A stretch of 64,000 nt of DNA, from NCBI RefSeq assembly GCF_037042905.1, contig NC_087252.1, positions 14,882,001 to 14,946,000 of the forward strand, in the 5' to 3' direction. Position 1 is the first letter of the stretch; every line of letters starts with the position of its first letter. Under the pieces are notes generated by a model that made no database searches, was not told the DNA's origin, and was given only the letters and a program-made list of their open reading frames with translations. Origin of the DNA: Lytechinus pictus. Taxonomy: Eukaryota. Position numbers and translations under genes: made by a program. Of the stretch, positions 26,075 to 39,150 are shown one piece after another.

Positions 26075-26176
26075 GTAAGTCGACCAAACATGTCTTTTAA
26101 CACATCTTTGATTAATTAGGTTATGATAATGGTATATGGTACAGACACTCATGGAAAGAACATACATGTAAAAATG

Positions 26177-27280
26177 AATTCACGGAACATTGGAATAATA
26201 AACAAAGTTAAATTCTACTTCCCGACTTCGTATATTATTAAATTTGTACTCTACCATCAGACTCCCACATTTGGACTATGCTATTATTGCATGGGGGTTG
26301 TGCGATTATCATTTGTCATTCTCATTATCGAGCACACGATTCGTCTTTTTAAAATTCACGGTATTCTTAAGATACATGATCTTTACCATTATAATCTTGG
26401 GTCATTAATGTATACCCTTAATGAAGTTGAACTACCAGATGTATTTTGCTCTATATTTACAAGAAATGTCAATATTCAGACTACCTTACAAGATCTGCTG
26501 GACTTTTCCATTTACCTAGAACAAGGATATTATTTACAAACTGTTCGTATCTTCTGGCTTCAAACTTCGGAACTCGCTCTTGTAAGCTTTACGAAATAAG
26601 CCTATAATTCATCGTTTCAATAGAGCAATAAAAGAATCATTAACAATTATAACACTCCTATTATGATTATTCAGTCTACTTAAGATATTTTGAAGATCGT
26701 ATTTATTTCCATATCCTTTTCGACCTCCCTGCCCCCACACTCTCTCGCTTCTTTATTTCACTTCTTTTCTCCGTTTCTCTTTTCATTCTATCTACCTGTG
26801 CAGCTTTGTTTTTTGTTTTTACTTGTTGTTGTTATTGTTGTTCTTTAGTGGGTTTTTTTTTTTCGATTTCTACTCGTTTTTGGTCCTTTGTTTTATTGTT
26901 TTCGTTGTATTTTGTCCGTTCTTGTACCGTTCTGTTATTTCATGATGCTTTAGGGTTTGTTTCGTATGTACTTTCACTGTTTGTCATATCTTGTAATATC
27001 ATTCAGCCTTGATTATTTTTTACATGGGGGAATACGATAAAAAAATATATATATATTACAAGGACTTATATTTGATTTCTACAAGAAATATATGATTTGT
27101 ATATTTGAATTTTGTATCTTGTATTAATATGTCTTATTTATTTAAGACAAACTTCTTTAATAAGCTTTGCATTCCAGGAGGTTTCCAATTCATTTAATTT
27201 CATTATGTTATATCATAATTCGTTTTACTTTGTAATTTTGTTCAATTTTTTTTATATGAAATAAATTCGTTATTTATTAA
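26177..27280 (+). pseudogene. Old degraded 3' fragment of an L2/CR1-group LINE
   Basis: RNIGIINKVKFYFP and LKIHDLYHYNLGSLMY resemble the C-terminus of ORF 27998-31159; frameshifted. Confidence 0.75.
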
Positions 27281-27709
27281 TCAATCAACCCAAGTGAAGT
27301 GAATGGGTACCTGGTAGGAAATTATTCCTTGAAACCGCGTAACAGCTGCTCTGCTATTAAAAGCCAGGGTGATTATGCTGCATACTGTAGAGCGCTTGGA
27401 GACTTCTCAAAAAGTGTTCAGCACTATATAAGCAATTATAATTATTATTATTATGGCTGAAAACTTTATTTATTATAAGGGGGCTGGCATTATGAGTGTA
27501 TGATGTTAATTTATTTCGCTGAATTGGAAGAAAAACAGAAAAGGCTCAATTAAAATCGTTATTAACATTATTCTCCAGCATAATTTTCAACAACAAAAAA
27601 TGATGTACATCCATGGTTGATATGATGGTTTCGATGACGTCATCACCAACTCACTATTTTTCTGGGGAGGGGGTAGTTTATTTAATCTTATGAAATAAAG
27701 AAATATTAT

Positions 27710-30700
27710 ACTATGTGTTCTTCATGGCATAGGTTGCCGCACCTCGACATGTTTCTTCGTGTGTGCAAATTCACCTAGGCTATTCATGTCTCCACTTTCC
27801 TTTTTCTTAAGATATTGATAGTAATAATAATTAATTAATAATTTTTGCTTCCTTTCTCTCTTGTTTTTTTTTCATATTTTGTTTTTGTTTTGTATTGTTT
27901 GTTTGTTTGTTTGTTTTTGTTTTTTTTTGTTTTTTTCTGTAAATTATTTAAAGGTAGTTAAGTACATGGCATAGTGTATTCTATTCGTTAGGTACTATTG
28001 TTTAATTCCTCCCCTTTTTTAATGACCGACTTAACTAAGTTTCCATTTAGCTTCTTGAACAATGATGACTTGTTGTCTCTCTCGGCGCAACGTGGCACTA
28101 CTCAAACATTAGATAATCATGAAAATTCCAATTACGATACACACATACGAAATTTTATGAATAACAATACCGCTGATCTTAATTACAATTTCGATTCCAA
28201 TGATCAATGCGGGCAGCTCGTTACGTCACAATATTTCACAGAACAACATTTCAGATCATTCGTTACGTCAGACAAAGCCGAGGAAAACCCCTTTCTTCTC
28301 CATATAAACATTCGCAGTGCAAGCAAAAATTTTGATAAACTTAAGTTATTTCTAGATAATAACCAGTTTCCGCAATCGTCATTCATTGGTTTAACTGAAA
28401 CGTGGTTCTCGGACAACCCATGTTCCCTCTTCTCACTCCCTAATTTTAATTTGATTGTTAATAATAGAACAAAAAGACCAGGGGGTGGTGTCGCACTTTA
28501 CATACCGCAACAATACGACTATACTCTTATAGCTAACATGACCATATCTAACGATGTTTTAGAAACACTTTTTGTTGAAATCAGAAATCCAAGAGGTAAA
28601 AACTTTATGCTAGGTGTATTTTATAGACCTCCACATTCAAATGCCAATGCTTTTTTAGAAACCCTGAATGAAATTTTACTAAATCCTCTTTTGAAAAATA
28701 AAGATTGTTTTTTTATGGGTGACTTCAATATTAACTTAGTAAATTGCAACTCTAATAGCACCTCGCAAGAGTTTCTTGAAATGTTTCTATCACATTCTTT
28801 TTTGCCCCTTATTACGAAGCCGACAAGAGTGACGAATAACTCAGCCACTATAATAGACAACATTTTCAGTAATACAATTCGACAAAATCATAAAGCTGGT
28901 ATTATTCTTAGTGACATCTCTGATCACTTTCCAATTTTTGCCATATTATCTACGAATAAAAGTGTCAATAAAGAATCATTTAATCCTACATTCCGAAAGA
29001 TAACTGACGACAACATAACCAATTTGATTAATAATTTAAACATAACAGACTGGTCTACTGTATATGACTCCTCGGACGCTGACGACGCATACAACTGTTT
29101 TATTACCATACTTACCTCTTCTCTAGATACCCATGTTCCCCTTACAACCAACAGAAGATCAAATTATAAAAAGATCCCTATCCACCCTTGGATTACTAAA
29201 TCACTCTTAAGATCCATCAACCGCAAGAACAACTTATATTATAAATACATAACTAAACCAAGTGATACATCTCGCTACAAGTACACTTCATATAAAAACA
29301 CTCTTACATCTTTACTTCGTATTGCGAAAAAAGAATATTACACTTCTCAACTCGATTTATACAAAAATGATATAAAGAACACATGGAAAATCATCAATGG
29401 TGCATTAAACAATAAGAAGAAGAGTTCTTCAATTACAAAAATAAAATCAAACAATACCATCACTGATGACAATAACATAATAGCAAAAGAGTTTAATTCA
29501 TATTTTTCACAAGTTGGCAACAATTTAGCAAGCAAAATCCCTCAAACGAATAAATCTTACAACAATTTTCTCGACAACCCAAACCCAAACTCCATTTTTT
29601 TTAATCCCACAAGTTCAAGAGAAATCATAAATATTGTTAACAGTCTGCAGTCCAAAAAGTGCCCGGGGTTTGACGGTATTTCCAACCTCCTACTTAAGAA
29701 AATTATTTTGGCTATCGTCGATCCTTTGGTGCATATATTTAATATTTCTTTGAACACAGGAAGGGTACCCAGTCTTATGAAAATCGCAAAAGTAGTCCCT
29801 CTTTTTAAAAAAGGAGATAATCAGCTCGTCTCCAACTACCGTCCCATATCATTGCTCACCTCGTTATCAAAAATTCTTGAAAAACTTGTCCATACACGAA
29901 CTAGTACGTTCTTTAAAAATTACAATATCTTTTCGGACTTTCAATTTGGGTTTCGCGAAAATCACAGCACCTCGCATGCAATTTTATCTTTCATTAACAA
30001 AATCACTACTTCCACTGACAAAAGTTGTCACACTGTCGGTATTTTCCTGGACTTCTCCAAGGCCTTCGACACCATTAACCACGAAATTCTTTTGTATAAA
30101 CTATCTCATTACGGTATTAGGGGGAAGGCCTTGGAGTGGTTCAAGAGCTACCTTACAGATAGGACTCAGTTTGTATCAATAAACAATCACAATTCATCCA
30201 ACCTTCCAATTACATGCGGGGTACCACAGGGTAGCTTACTCGGCCCTCTTCTTTTTATCACTTACATTAATGACATCCACAAAACTTCAAATTTACTTTC
30301 ATTCATACTCTTTGCTGATGATTCCAACATTTTCTTTTCTCATGATAACATAAACCAACTTATTAGGATTGTTAACTCTGAACTCATGCATGTGACTGAA
30401 TGGATCAAGGCAAATAAACTCTCACTTAACTTACAAAAGACCAATTACATGCTATTTAGTAATAGAATAAATAGTTTGCCCGACAATCTCATTTTTGATA
30501 ACACTGTCCTTGAAAATGTTTCTGAAACAAAATTCTTGGGTGTACTTATTGATAATAAATTATCATGGAAACCACACATCGACAATATATGCAAAACAAT
30601 CTCAAGAAATATTGGAATTATCAACAAGCTCAAATTTTTTCTTCCATCTCGTACACTACTTACACTATATCACACCTTAATATTACCATACATTAATTAC

Positions 30701-31720
30701 GGTATTTTGGCATGGGGTTGTGCAATCCAAACACAATTACATAGGATACTTTTGTTACAGAAAAAAGCACTTAGGATAATATTTCATACACATTTCAGAT
30801 GTCACACAGATAAATTATTTTTTGAAAATAAAATCCTTAAAGTTAATGATATATATTTGTTCCAACTCGGCCAATTTATGTACAAACTAAATAAAGATGA
30901 TCTCCCCGCAATTTTTTCAATTATGTTCTGCAAAAACTCCTCTGTACACGATTATCCTACAAGACAACGAAACTCCTATCACCTACCTCCAACCCGAACT
31001 TTACTTGCAAAAAATTCTTTTGTCTTTTCTGGTCCCGTATATTGGAATTCCTTGCCCAACGCCTTTAAGGAATCCCCAAGCATCACAGTTTTTAAACATA
31101 ACCTTAAAAAGATGCTTATTAGCCAATACTTTACACAAACAAGTCAATCTACCATATAACCAAAACTATATACAACAAAAACTTTTTTTTTTAAACCTCC
31201 CAGGATACAACTTGCCTGCCGACCTTTTCCCGCACCTGCCATGCTCCTCTTTGCACCTCCAATTGTACCTGCACCCCCCCCTCTCTCCCTACATTTGCTT
31301 CTCAGTTCCTCCCTCATTATCACAATTATTATAACCATACTGTTATTATTTTTTTATTATTATTACTATTATCACTTATTCTAATTTGTGTTACTCTTTC
31401 GCTGTTACCTTTGATATTTTGTATAGCCTCCTTTTCCCTCCTTTTAAACTGTCTCCCGTCTCTCCTTTATATTATAATTTGTAATATACGTACTGAAACT
31501 AAGTTACGGGGGCTTGCCTCCCATACAAGCTTTGCTTTTCTTGGCAAGCCCCTCCGTTCTGTTTTATATAGTCATTATAGTCAAAGTTACTTTAGTTAGC
31601 ATTAGTTCTCATTGTTTATACCTTACTCCGATTGATGTTGTACTTCAAATTTGACTATGTATTGTTTGATTTTGTTGTACTTTGTGAACGGAAAATGAAT
31701 AAATCTAAAAAATCTAAAAT
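27710..31720 (+). mobile_element. Near full-length L2/CR1-group (Crack/Daphne-like) LINE; ends approximate
   Basis: Intact EN-RT ORF, 3' UTR with stem-loop, AATAAA(TCTAAA)n tail; interrupts a Kolobok-like MITE (about 27456-32214). Confidence 0.9.
28022..31159 (+). CDS. LINE ORF2: APE endonuclease plus reverse transcriptase
   Basis: Motifs HINIRS, GLTETW, GGGVALY, YRPP, GDFN, SDHFPI; NYRPISLL, QFGFR, FLDFSKAFD, GVPQGSLLGP, FADD, KFLGV; no stops; first ATG 28022. Confidence 0.95.
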   Translation: MTDLTKFPFSFLNNDDLLSLSAQRGTTQTLDNHENSNYDTHIRNFMNNNTADLNYNFDSNDQCGQLVTSQYFTEQHFRSFVTSDKAEENPFLLHINIRSASKNFDKLKLFLDNNQFPQSSFIGLTETWFSDNPCSLFSLPNFNLIVNNRTKRPGGGVALYIPQQYDYTLIANMTISNDVLETLFVEIRNPRGKNFMLGVFYRPPHSNANAFLETLNEILLNPLLKNKDCFFMGDFNINLVNCNSNSTSQEFLEMFLSHSFLPLITKPTRVTNNSATIIDNIFSNTIRQNHKAGIILSDISDHFPIFAILSTNKSVNKESFNPTFRKITDDNITNLINNLNITDWSTVYDSSDADDAYNCFITILTSSLDTHVPLTTNRRSNYKKIPIHPWITKSLLRSINRKNNLYYKYITKPSDTSRYKYTSYKNTLTSLLRIAKKEYYTSQLDLYKNDIKNTWKIINGALNNKKKSSSITKIKSNNTITDDNNIIAKEFNSYFSQVGNNLASKIPQTNKSYNNFLDNPNPNSIFFNPTSSREIINIVNSLQSKKCPGFDGISNLLLKKIILAIVDPLVHIFNISLNTGRVPSLMKIAKVVPLFKKGDNQLVSNYRPISLLTSLSKILEKLVHTRTSTFFKNYNIFSDFQFGFRENHSTSHAILSFINKITTSTDKSCHTVGIFLDFSKAFDTINHEILLYKLSHYGIRGKALEWFKSYLTDRTQFVSINNHNSSNLPITCGVPQGSLLGPLLFITYINDIHKTSNLLSFILFADDSNIFFSHDNINQLIRIVNSELMHVTEWIKANKLSLNLQKTNYMLFSNRINSLPDNLIFDNTVLENVSETKFLGVLIDNKLSWKPHIDNICKTISRNIGIINKLKFFLPSRTLLTLYHTLILPYINYGILAWGCAIQTQLHRILLLQKKALRIIFHTHFRCHTDKLFFENKILKVNDIYLFQLGQFMYKLNKDDLPAIFSIMFCKNSSVHDYPTRQRNSYHLPPTRTLLAKNSFVFSGPVYWNSLPNAFKESPSITVFKHNLKKMLISQYFTQTSQSTI

Positions 31721-32549
31721 TATAAAAATGATAATAAGTTCTTAGAGACGCATAATACCATATAAATAGTCTCTATGCATGTGGAAGAATTGTTTGAATT
31801 TTTACAGGGCTAATACTTGTGCTTCGTAAAAAGGAATGTTTTTGACACATATTTGAATCTGCTGAAATATATGACTACATGAAATCACAATTATTTAATG
31901 TTTTAACCCATGCGTTTATGATATTTATTTGTAGCAATGAGTAGCTTATGCATTTAGGCAATTGTCAATCTCTCTTGTTTTTTTATTCTTGGAGGGCACA
32001 TTTTGAATGAACATATTTGTATAATATTTAATTTAAAAAAGAACAAGCGGTGAAGTGACGGAACCAGTTAATCATTGGACTGTTGGATATCATAAAGAAA
32101 TATATAGAACTGTTTAATCGAAATAATGTAAATTTTAAACGTCATAACTTATCTCTTTTTCTGATTTTCGTCTTTCGTTTCAAATCATAATTATTTTCAG
32201 CCTGGAGTATCCCTTTTATATCTAGGAGGGTATAGTGTAATAGTTATATTTGTATTTGAGTTTTGGATCTGGAATGAAAAGAGAAGTAGTATTATGATTT
32301 ATTTAGTTCGGAAGGTTGGGTTTTAATGTTAGGATTACGTCAATTTTACATCGGTGCATGTCATGGAACTCCTACTTCACCCAAATGAGTAATTTGCGGT
32401 ATTATCAAAATGAAAAAAAAAATCAAAATTCATATTTCATTGTTCGAAATAGACAGGAAATTAAATACTCCGAAAACTTGATTTGCCCAATTGATCATGG
32501 TCCCGGCAGGCACTGTGCAGCGCCTGATCGACGAGGCTCTATCCCTTTG

Positions 32550-32675
32550 ATCGTTGAACGCCAAACAGGGTAGTAACTCCCATCTTTAAGCGTCTTTTGG
32601 TTTGACGCGGCCAGGGTTTGAACCCCCGACCTCCCGGTTGTGAGACGGACGCTCTACCAGCTGAGTTTACACTGG
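32550..32675 (-). mobile_element. tRNA-derived SINE head
   Basis: Minus strand reads CTCAGCTGGTAGAGCGTCCGTCTCACAACCGGGAGGTCGGGGGTTCAAACCCTGGCCGCGTC, then a SINE body instead of a tRNA acceptor stem. Confidence 0.65.
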
Positions 32676-33276
32676 TATATATTATTGGTGTAAACACGTA
32701 CGGAGAGCAGTGATAGAAACATGATATCGTGATCCAAAGTCTATCTTAAAAAAGTTTGGGAAAGCCTTGGAATGGTTCAGATATTATCTATCAAATAGAA
32801 AACAATTTGTAAAACTAGATAATCATAGTTTACCGTTTCGACCAATGAATTGTGGAGCTCCACAGGGGAAACCTCCTTGTTATCATATACATAAACGACT
32901 TTCATAAATCGCAAGATGTTGTACCTTACAATTTGTTGGCAGCCAATTCCAACCCATTTTATTATCATGCTAACCCAGTTATGCTAATTTATACTATAAA
33001 ATCTTGAAACGTGTAGGGCAGGGCAGGGCAATTCGTGTCCAAATTGAACATAAATGAATTCCCAAACATGTTGATTAATATGTGTAAAAAAAAAAGTTAC
33101 CCAACCGGACAATCACTCCGTTTCCACCTTCTTTGTACCCGCAACTCTCTTTGTACTAAAAACAATTACTTTTTACGGTCCTTATCACTGGAACTCACTC
33201 ATCAGTGACCATGGTGACGTGAGTACGTAGGTGTATGGAGGCGTGGTGTGAGGGCTATTGATGAGGGTGTTTGGGG

Positions 33277-33551
33277 CGCATACGTTCGTAATTCCGAAGT
33301 TTTGTTATTCCGAAGGTTCGGATATTCCGAAGGTTCGTTATTCCGAAGGTTCGTATTTCCGAACGTTCGTTAGTCCGAAAACGTAATGATTAACGAACCT
33401 TATTTCGTTTTCGGATTATCGAACCTTCGGAATAACGCCACAAATGTTCGGATTAACGAACCCTTTTACGTTTTCGGATTAACGAACATCGAGGTATAGG
33501 CAATTTACGTGTTTCGGAGTTAGGAACCTTCGGGAATTATGAAGTGTAACC
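33277..33551. mobile_element. MITE with inverted arrays of 19-bp TTCCGAAGGTTCGTTA subrepeats (MULE-like)
   Basis: Flanking direct repeat GTTTGGGG; forward then reverse subrepeat arrays. Confidence 0.7.
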
Positions 33552-34596
33552 GTTTGGGGTGGAGGTGTGTGGATGGGTGAGCGGGTTCGTGTGTGTGTGT
33601 GTGTTACTGAAGTAGGAAAGGGGCCATTCTTTGAAAAAATAAAATATATGATAATGAAATGTGAAAATTATACAAAAAATAGCTTATAATTTTTTTTATC
33701 CGTACTGGCTGGTAAATGCTGATTTAACGACTTTGATTAATGTTTTAATGTCAAGTTTATAACTTTGTATTCCTGTAATTTAAATGGGACATAAAAGTGT
33801 AACTTTTACTTTATGAATATATTTAACAAAGGAAATGAATTACCTTCAGATGTCACACACGTGACGAAGAAACACAAAAAAATACCCTCTCTAAACCAAG
33901 GCTCTGGTATTACCATTTTTTCTCTAAAGCTAGATCTAATGTGCCTTGCGTCTTACCAAATGTTAGTCCATATTAAGTGTTAATTAGATAAATATTTAGC
34001 TAGGAAGATGGTCACACACGTGACCCACACGTCACGTGTGTGTTTAACAATGCTTTTGCCTGAAAAGAAAAACATGCTTAAGCAAGAATATATAGATGAC
34101 TTGACTCTTTAGCCCTCTCTAGCTTATCAGTGCTTTGTGTGATCAATTTTTATCGAGCGAGAATCACAAAAATGAATCACAAACATGAAATCAAAATCAA
34201 TACTAAAAAGACAACTCACCTTTGTACCACACAACACTCCCGTACAGATGGTTAAGGCATGGACCCCCCCCCCTCACACACACCTACAAATGGAAGAAGA
34301 TCTGTCGCAACCTATGACAATAATATGAATATTTATTTCTATAATAAAAAGTCATCATTTTTTGCTCGATTGCTCGCAGTCTTATCCCCCCCCCCTATAG
34401 TACCAGCCTGTGCAAGACTTGACTGAGTCCCTTTAAAGTTTTGACTCGTACGATACTCTAGATATAGTTATAGCCACTTTGACTCAAAACATCAATTCAA
34501 GGAATCTTAACCAAATCTTAGGAATTTTCGATGCTCAAAAAAAGGAATTTCTGTTTTAGGTTGTGGCAGAAAGGTACTCGGCACTCTGCCAAAGGC

Positions 34597-34606
34597 GGGG
34601 AATTCC
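34597..34606 (+). promoter_or_regulatory. Canonical NF-kB site GGGGAATTCC in intron 1 of gene B
   Basis: Lies in the block homologous to 5821-5980 (GGCACTC..GCCAA...ACATTGACAAGGCTGACAAAA.TATAG.TCTATTCTCAAT). Confidence 0.55.
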
Positions 34607-35551
34607 ACATTGACAAGGCTGACAAAAGTATAGTTCTATTCTCAATTATACAATTCGAAAACATTGGTTAGACAAAAGAAGAATATCAATAAATAGAATA
34701 GCCTTGATATAATTTGCCAGGCACGCATATGCTATAAAAGCGATAAACTCAGTTTTTCGATCAAAAATCTAAGTTCCTCGCCGATAAACAAAGTTTATCC
34801 CTTGGGACACTCAGTTTATCAAGGAAAACTAAGTTTATGTCTTGAAATATCAGTTTTCAATAGGCCGACAAAATGTAACAAGTTTATCAAGCGCTCATCT
34901 GAGTTTTTACATTTGATGAAACCACATATTTCATAAATTCTCTTTATCAAGCGATAACATTTTTTGTCGAATCAAACAGATTTTTTTTAATTTCGAAAAA
35001 CTCATTTATTCCACCGATTACTGAATCTATCGCATTTATTCGACGAATGACGCACATATCAGGAGAAATGACTTGCCAAAGACGACCTAATTGTTTTGTC
35101 CCGTAGAGGCGGCGAAAACATATTTTTCGAAATTAAGAAGTATAATTGAAGAGGTATTTTACAACAGTGTTTATTGGCAACTCAAGTAGCATTATTACTC
35201 CATTGAGCGTTTACTCAACATGTGCCGTCTGACAATTTGAGATCCGATAACTTTCCTTGAATTTGATCGGCTGATAGTGAAGACATGTGAGGTCAAGCTA
35301 TTGGGATCAAACGAGGCCCATTGACTCGCGTGTTATTAGGGTAACTCCGGGCTGAAAATAAATAGAATAGAGCAAATTTCACCGAGCATATTGCTGAAAA
35401 TTTCAATAAAATCTGATAAGAGATAACAACACTAATTCTAAAGGTTAGCAATATTTTGTGAAAACAGTAATATGCACGTCGTCATGTATATTCATTGGGT
35501 GGGGGTGATGACGTCACATCCACACTTTCCCTATACTTATGTTATTACACG

Positions 35552-36815
35552 CAGGGGCGTAGACAACGGGGGGGGATGAGGGGGATGCATCCCCCCCACC
35601 TCACAAGGTGGGGGGGATGGCATGTACAATCATCCCCCCCAGGTTTTGGGGAATGATATTTGGTTACTTAATAAGTCATAATGATGATAATAATAGTAAT
35701 AATAATAATGATAACAATTATAATATTAATAATAATAATAATTATGATGATGATAATAATAATCCTCATCATTATTGTAATTGTGTTTATTGTTATTAGC
35801 CGCATTCACACGGTGAAAGCCAATTCAGACGGTAAAAAAAAGAAAATCTTACAAGTATTTACTGGGCAGGAACGAAAAGAGGCGCAAGATATTTGGTTTC
35901 TAAGACACAAATTTGCAAGACTACAAAAGTAAAACTGACTAAGAGACCAATGTGTTTGTTTGTTGAGCCATGAATGCTCCTTAAGTAAGTTTACCAACTT
36001 ACCGCATGTCTCTATTATCTGATTAGCAACTGTTAATCAAGCTGTTTTTGGTATGGGAATGAAGCAACAACTTTTTTCTTTTCATCGAGACTACTTTTCA
36101 GGCACGAACCGAGTACTAGCAATACCTTCTCATATATGATATGTATTATATTTATTTATTTATTTATTGGTTTATACTTTATCAGATTATGTTACAGGTA
36201 TATGATATTTATACATATATATATACATTATATGCATTTATTTATTTATATATTTATATACACGTTATTTTCTCAAGTCGGTTTTTATTGAAATACATGT
36301 GTGGTCTGGCCCACTCGTGTTATAGGCATTATACATTGTGTGCAAAATGCATCAGCGCAATCTAAAACAGAATAGAAAATGAATGTGATACAACAGTATA
36401 CATAATAATTCGTGACAGAGAGTACCATACTACTATCTTTATAACAAGTATTATTCAAACATATATAATTATGTATAATCATGAATTGTTCAACTTCATG
36501 CTCCCACTATATGACTATTGTTACACTAATACTGATATCAGGACTGACTGGTATACATTAGTTTGTTGTTAAGCTTGCAGCAGCTACATCTTTTCTGTAT
36601 TGTTAACTATTTATTTATTTTTGTTTTATTTAAGATGCACTTTGTTTTGTATTCATTTAAAGTATGTTGATTGATGCATGAAGACATAAGTTTGAAATGT
36701 TTAAAGAAGTTTGTTTCATGTAAAGCGCAGTGTGAATTTACCCTGTCTTGAAATGCGAGATAAAAGGAACCTATTATTATTAGCATTATTATTTGTATTA
36801 GTATTATTTTTTATT

Positions 36816-36860
<45 letters not shown>

Positions 36861-37695
36861 GTTATTATTATCATTATTATTACTATTATAAGACTGAGAT
36901 CAAATAGAAGTAAAGAATGCCCTAATTTGAAACGATGCAATGCCGTTATGGTTCCGATTTCTTCACAAACTTACAGAGCAGTATTGTTACTCCATGGATC
37001 ATAGTGATACTGTTTATGTTTTTTGTATCTGTATGTTAATGAGCCGCCAGCAAATATCCGTCTATGGATACTATGCCTGTTTCTTTGAGGTAAAAAAAGC
37101 ATAGTATGTACGTATTGATTATGCTTTATAATGAACAGACATATTGCTATTTGTTTGTTATTTATGTGTTCTATTCACAAATGGCCACAGAGGCTGTTTT
37201 CATTCATAACCACATACCCATATCAAGACAACAAAGACTATACCTGCGTGTACACAGTTGACATTGGTTTTTTTTCTGAAGAGGTGTAACAGCAAAATTC
37301 ACAGAGATAAATAAATACGTAGTGTGGTTCAATATGCAATACTATGTGTCAGTCCATTCTGTATTCGTATGCCACGGTGTGTAGATCTTGTCGATGTATG
37401 TCTGTCCATTCAAGGCGTAGTATGTGTGTGGTGCGCGCACCCGTGTGTGTGTGTGAGTATGTGTGTGTGTGCGTGCGCGCTTGTGTGTGTTATTTTACCT
37501 CATTAAGTATGCATCAGATTGCACGATTTCAAGTTCAAAATTGCAAAAGCTCCCTTCCGTGGGAGGGGGGAAACCCCCCTCCCACACCCTCCCCCCGCTC
37601 GGTCGCTTCGCTCCCTCGCTCGGGCGCTTCGCGCCCTCACTAGCGTTGGCAGCCCAGTCATCCCCCCCAGGTGTACCAACCTGTCTACGCCACTG
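35552..37695. mobile_element. hAT-like non-autonomous element nested in a Kolobok-like MITE
   Basis: Perfect TSD ATTACACG; TIR CAGGGGCGTAGACA / TGTCTACGCCACTG; contains (AAT)n and (ATT)n tracts. Confidence 0.85.
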
Positions 37696-38266
37696 ATTAC
37701 ACGAAACCATAATTTTCCTATTTCCATACATGTGTATGACAACAATGTCTCCCATAATAAAATAAGTTGCAGCAACGAATATCTTATGCATTAAATATCC
37801 TTTTTTAATCCATTTTTTAGTTCTTAGAGGACATTTAAATAAACTTAATTTCATACATTAATACACAAAATACAAGTAGGGATGCGACATCAGACTTTAC
37901 TCATTGAATATTCATAAAGACATGCATACACCGGAATATGCTTGATTTATTGAGAATTTATAGAGATTCATGAGAAATTCTGAAATGTTCATGAATAGTA
38001 AACAGCCTTGTATATAACAGCTTTTTACTTTGTAGTACACTTCATAATTTCTCATACTTTCACTGCCTCATTAAGGGAGTGTTGTAACAAGGCTTGTTTG
38101 AGACACCTACAATATTATTTTCACATAAATAACACAACAGTCTGTTATTTGCTTTTTTTTCTGACATCAAATATGATAATTTCTCATTTGCAAATTACGA
38201 TCTCTGGAGCTATGGACAACCAACGAATGCACTTCTTCTTTCATTGAACAGGATCTATCAAAGATC

Positions 38267-38372
38267 ATGCCGTCCAACAGTCCCGAAGAGCAGAAGCGCA
38301 TGAATGGTCAAATCCCGACTGACAGAGGTCATAGAGCGGCCGTGGACAAACATCCGCCTGACATGCCTGACC
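38267..38372 (+). CDS. Gene B coding exon 1: remnant C-terminal part of the death-like exon
   Basis: Acceptor CTTCTTTCATTGAACAG| (38251), ATG 38267, phase-1 donor C|GTAAGT (38373); MPSNSPEEQKRMNGQIPTDRGHRAAVDKHPPDMPD aligns to MANITPKEQKRKLRQILTDCNYTAAADTHLPT of gene A. Confidence 0.7.
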
Positions 38373-38820
38373 GTAAGTGTTTGGAACACTATTTTCATTA
38401 GCTCCATGATATTATAAGGGGAAGTGCCGTTCGTTCCAATCTGATCCATGTACGAAATTGATCATTTTTGGGGGTCATTTACTAGATTGATCGTTATCCA
38501 TCGGTTTAATTTTCCATTCGGAATATTATGTGTCGGACATCTCCAAAAGGCAATGTGTTATCGTACTCCTGCTTGTTGAGCCGGGGTAAAAAAGACAAGA
38601 AGGGGTGTACTACACGGTTTTGGAATGGGTGGGTTGCCCCAAAATCTGAAACCATACCCTTAAGAACGGAAGGTGCTAAATGCATTTGGTATGGGTTAAA
38701 GGGGTACTCCTGACAGTGGCGTAACAGGCGGGAGGGGGCAGGGGGCAATCCGCCCCCTGGCGGATTTCACCGGGAAAATAAAAAAACGGGAAAAAGACAA
38801 AAGGGAAAAAGAGAGAAAGG

Positions 38821-38822
38821 GA

Positions 38823-38918
<96 letters not shown>

Positions 38919-38922
38919 AAAA

Positions 38923-39010
<88 letters not shown>

Positions 39011-39014
39011 ATTA

Positions 39015-39090
<76 letters not shown>

Positions 39091-39150
39091 AGAAAGAATG
39101 AAAGAAAGAAAAAAAGAAAGAAAGAAAGAAAGAAAGAACGGGAGAAAGAA
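38821..39150. repeat. (GAAA)n microsatellite
   Basis: About 300 bp, directly visible. Confidence 0.98.

Noticed and set aside
32595..32675. tRNA gene (also 3003-3072)
   Set aside because: A/B boxes are present but there is no paired acceptor stem, and the sequence continues into a SINE body
33277..33551. CRISPR-like short repeat array (also 18680-18762)
   Set aside because: Repeats are contiguous with no unique spacers, are arranged as inverted arms with TSDs, and the context is eukaryotic
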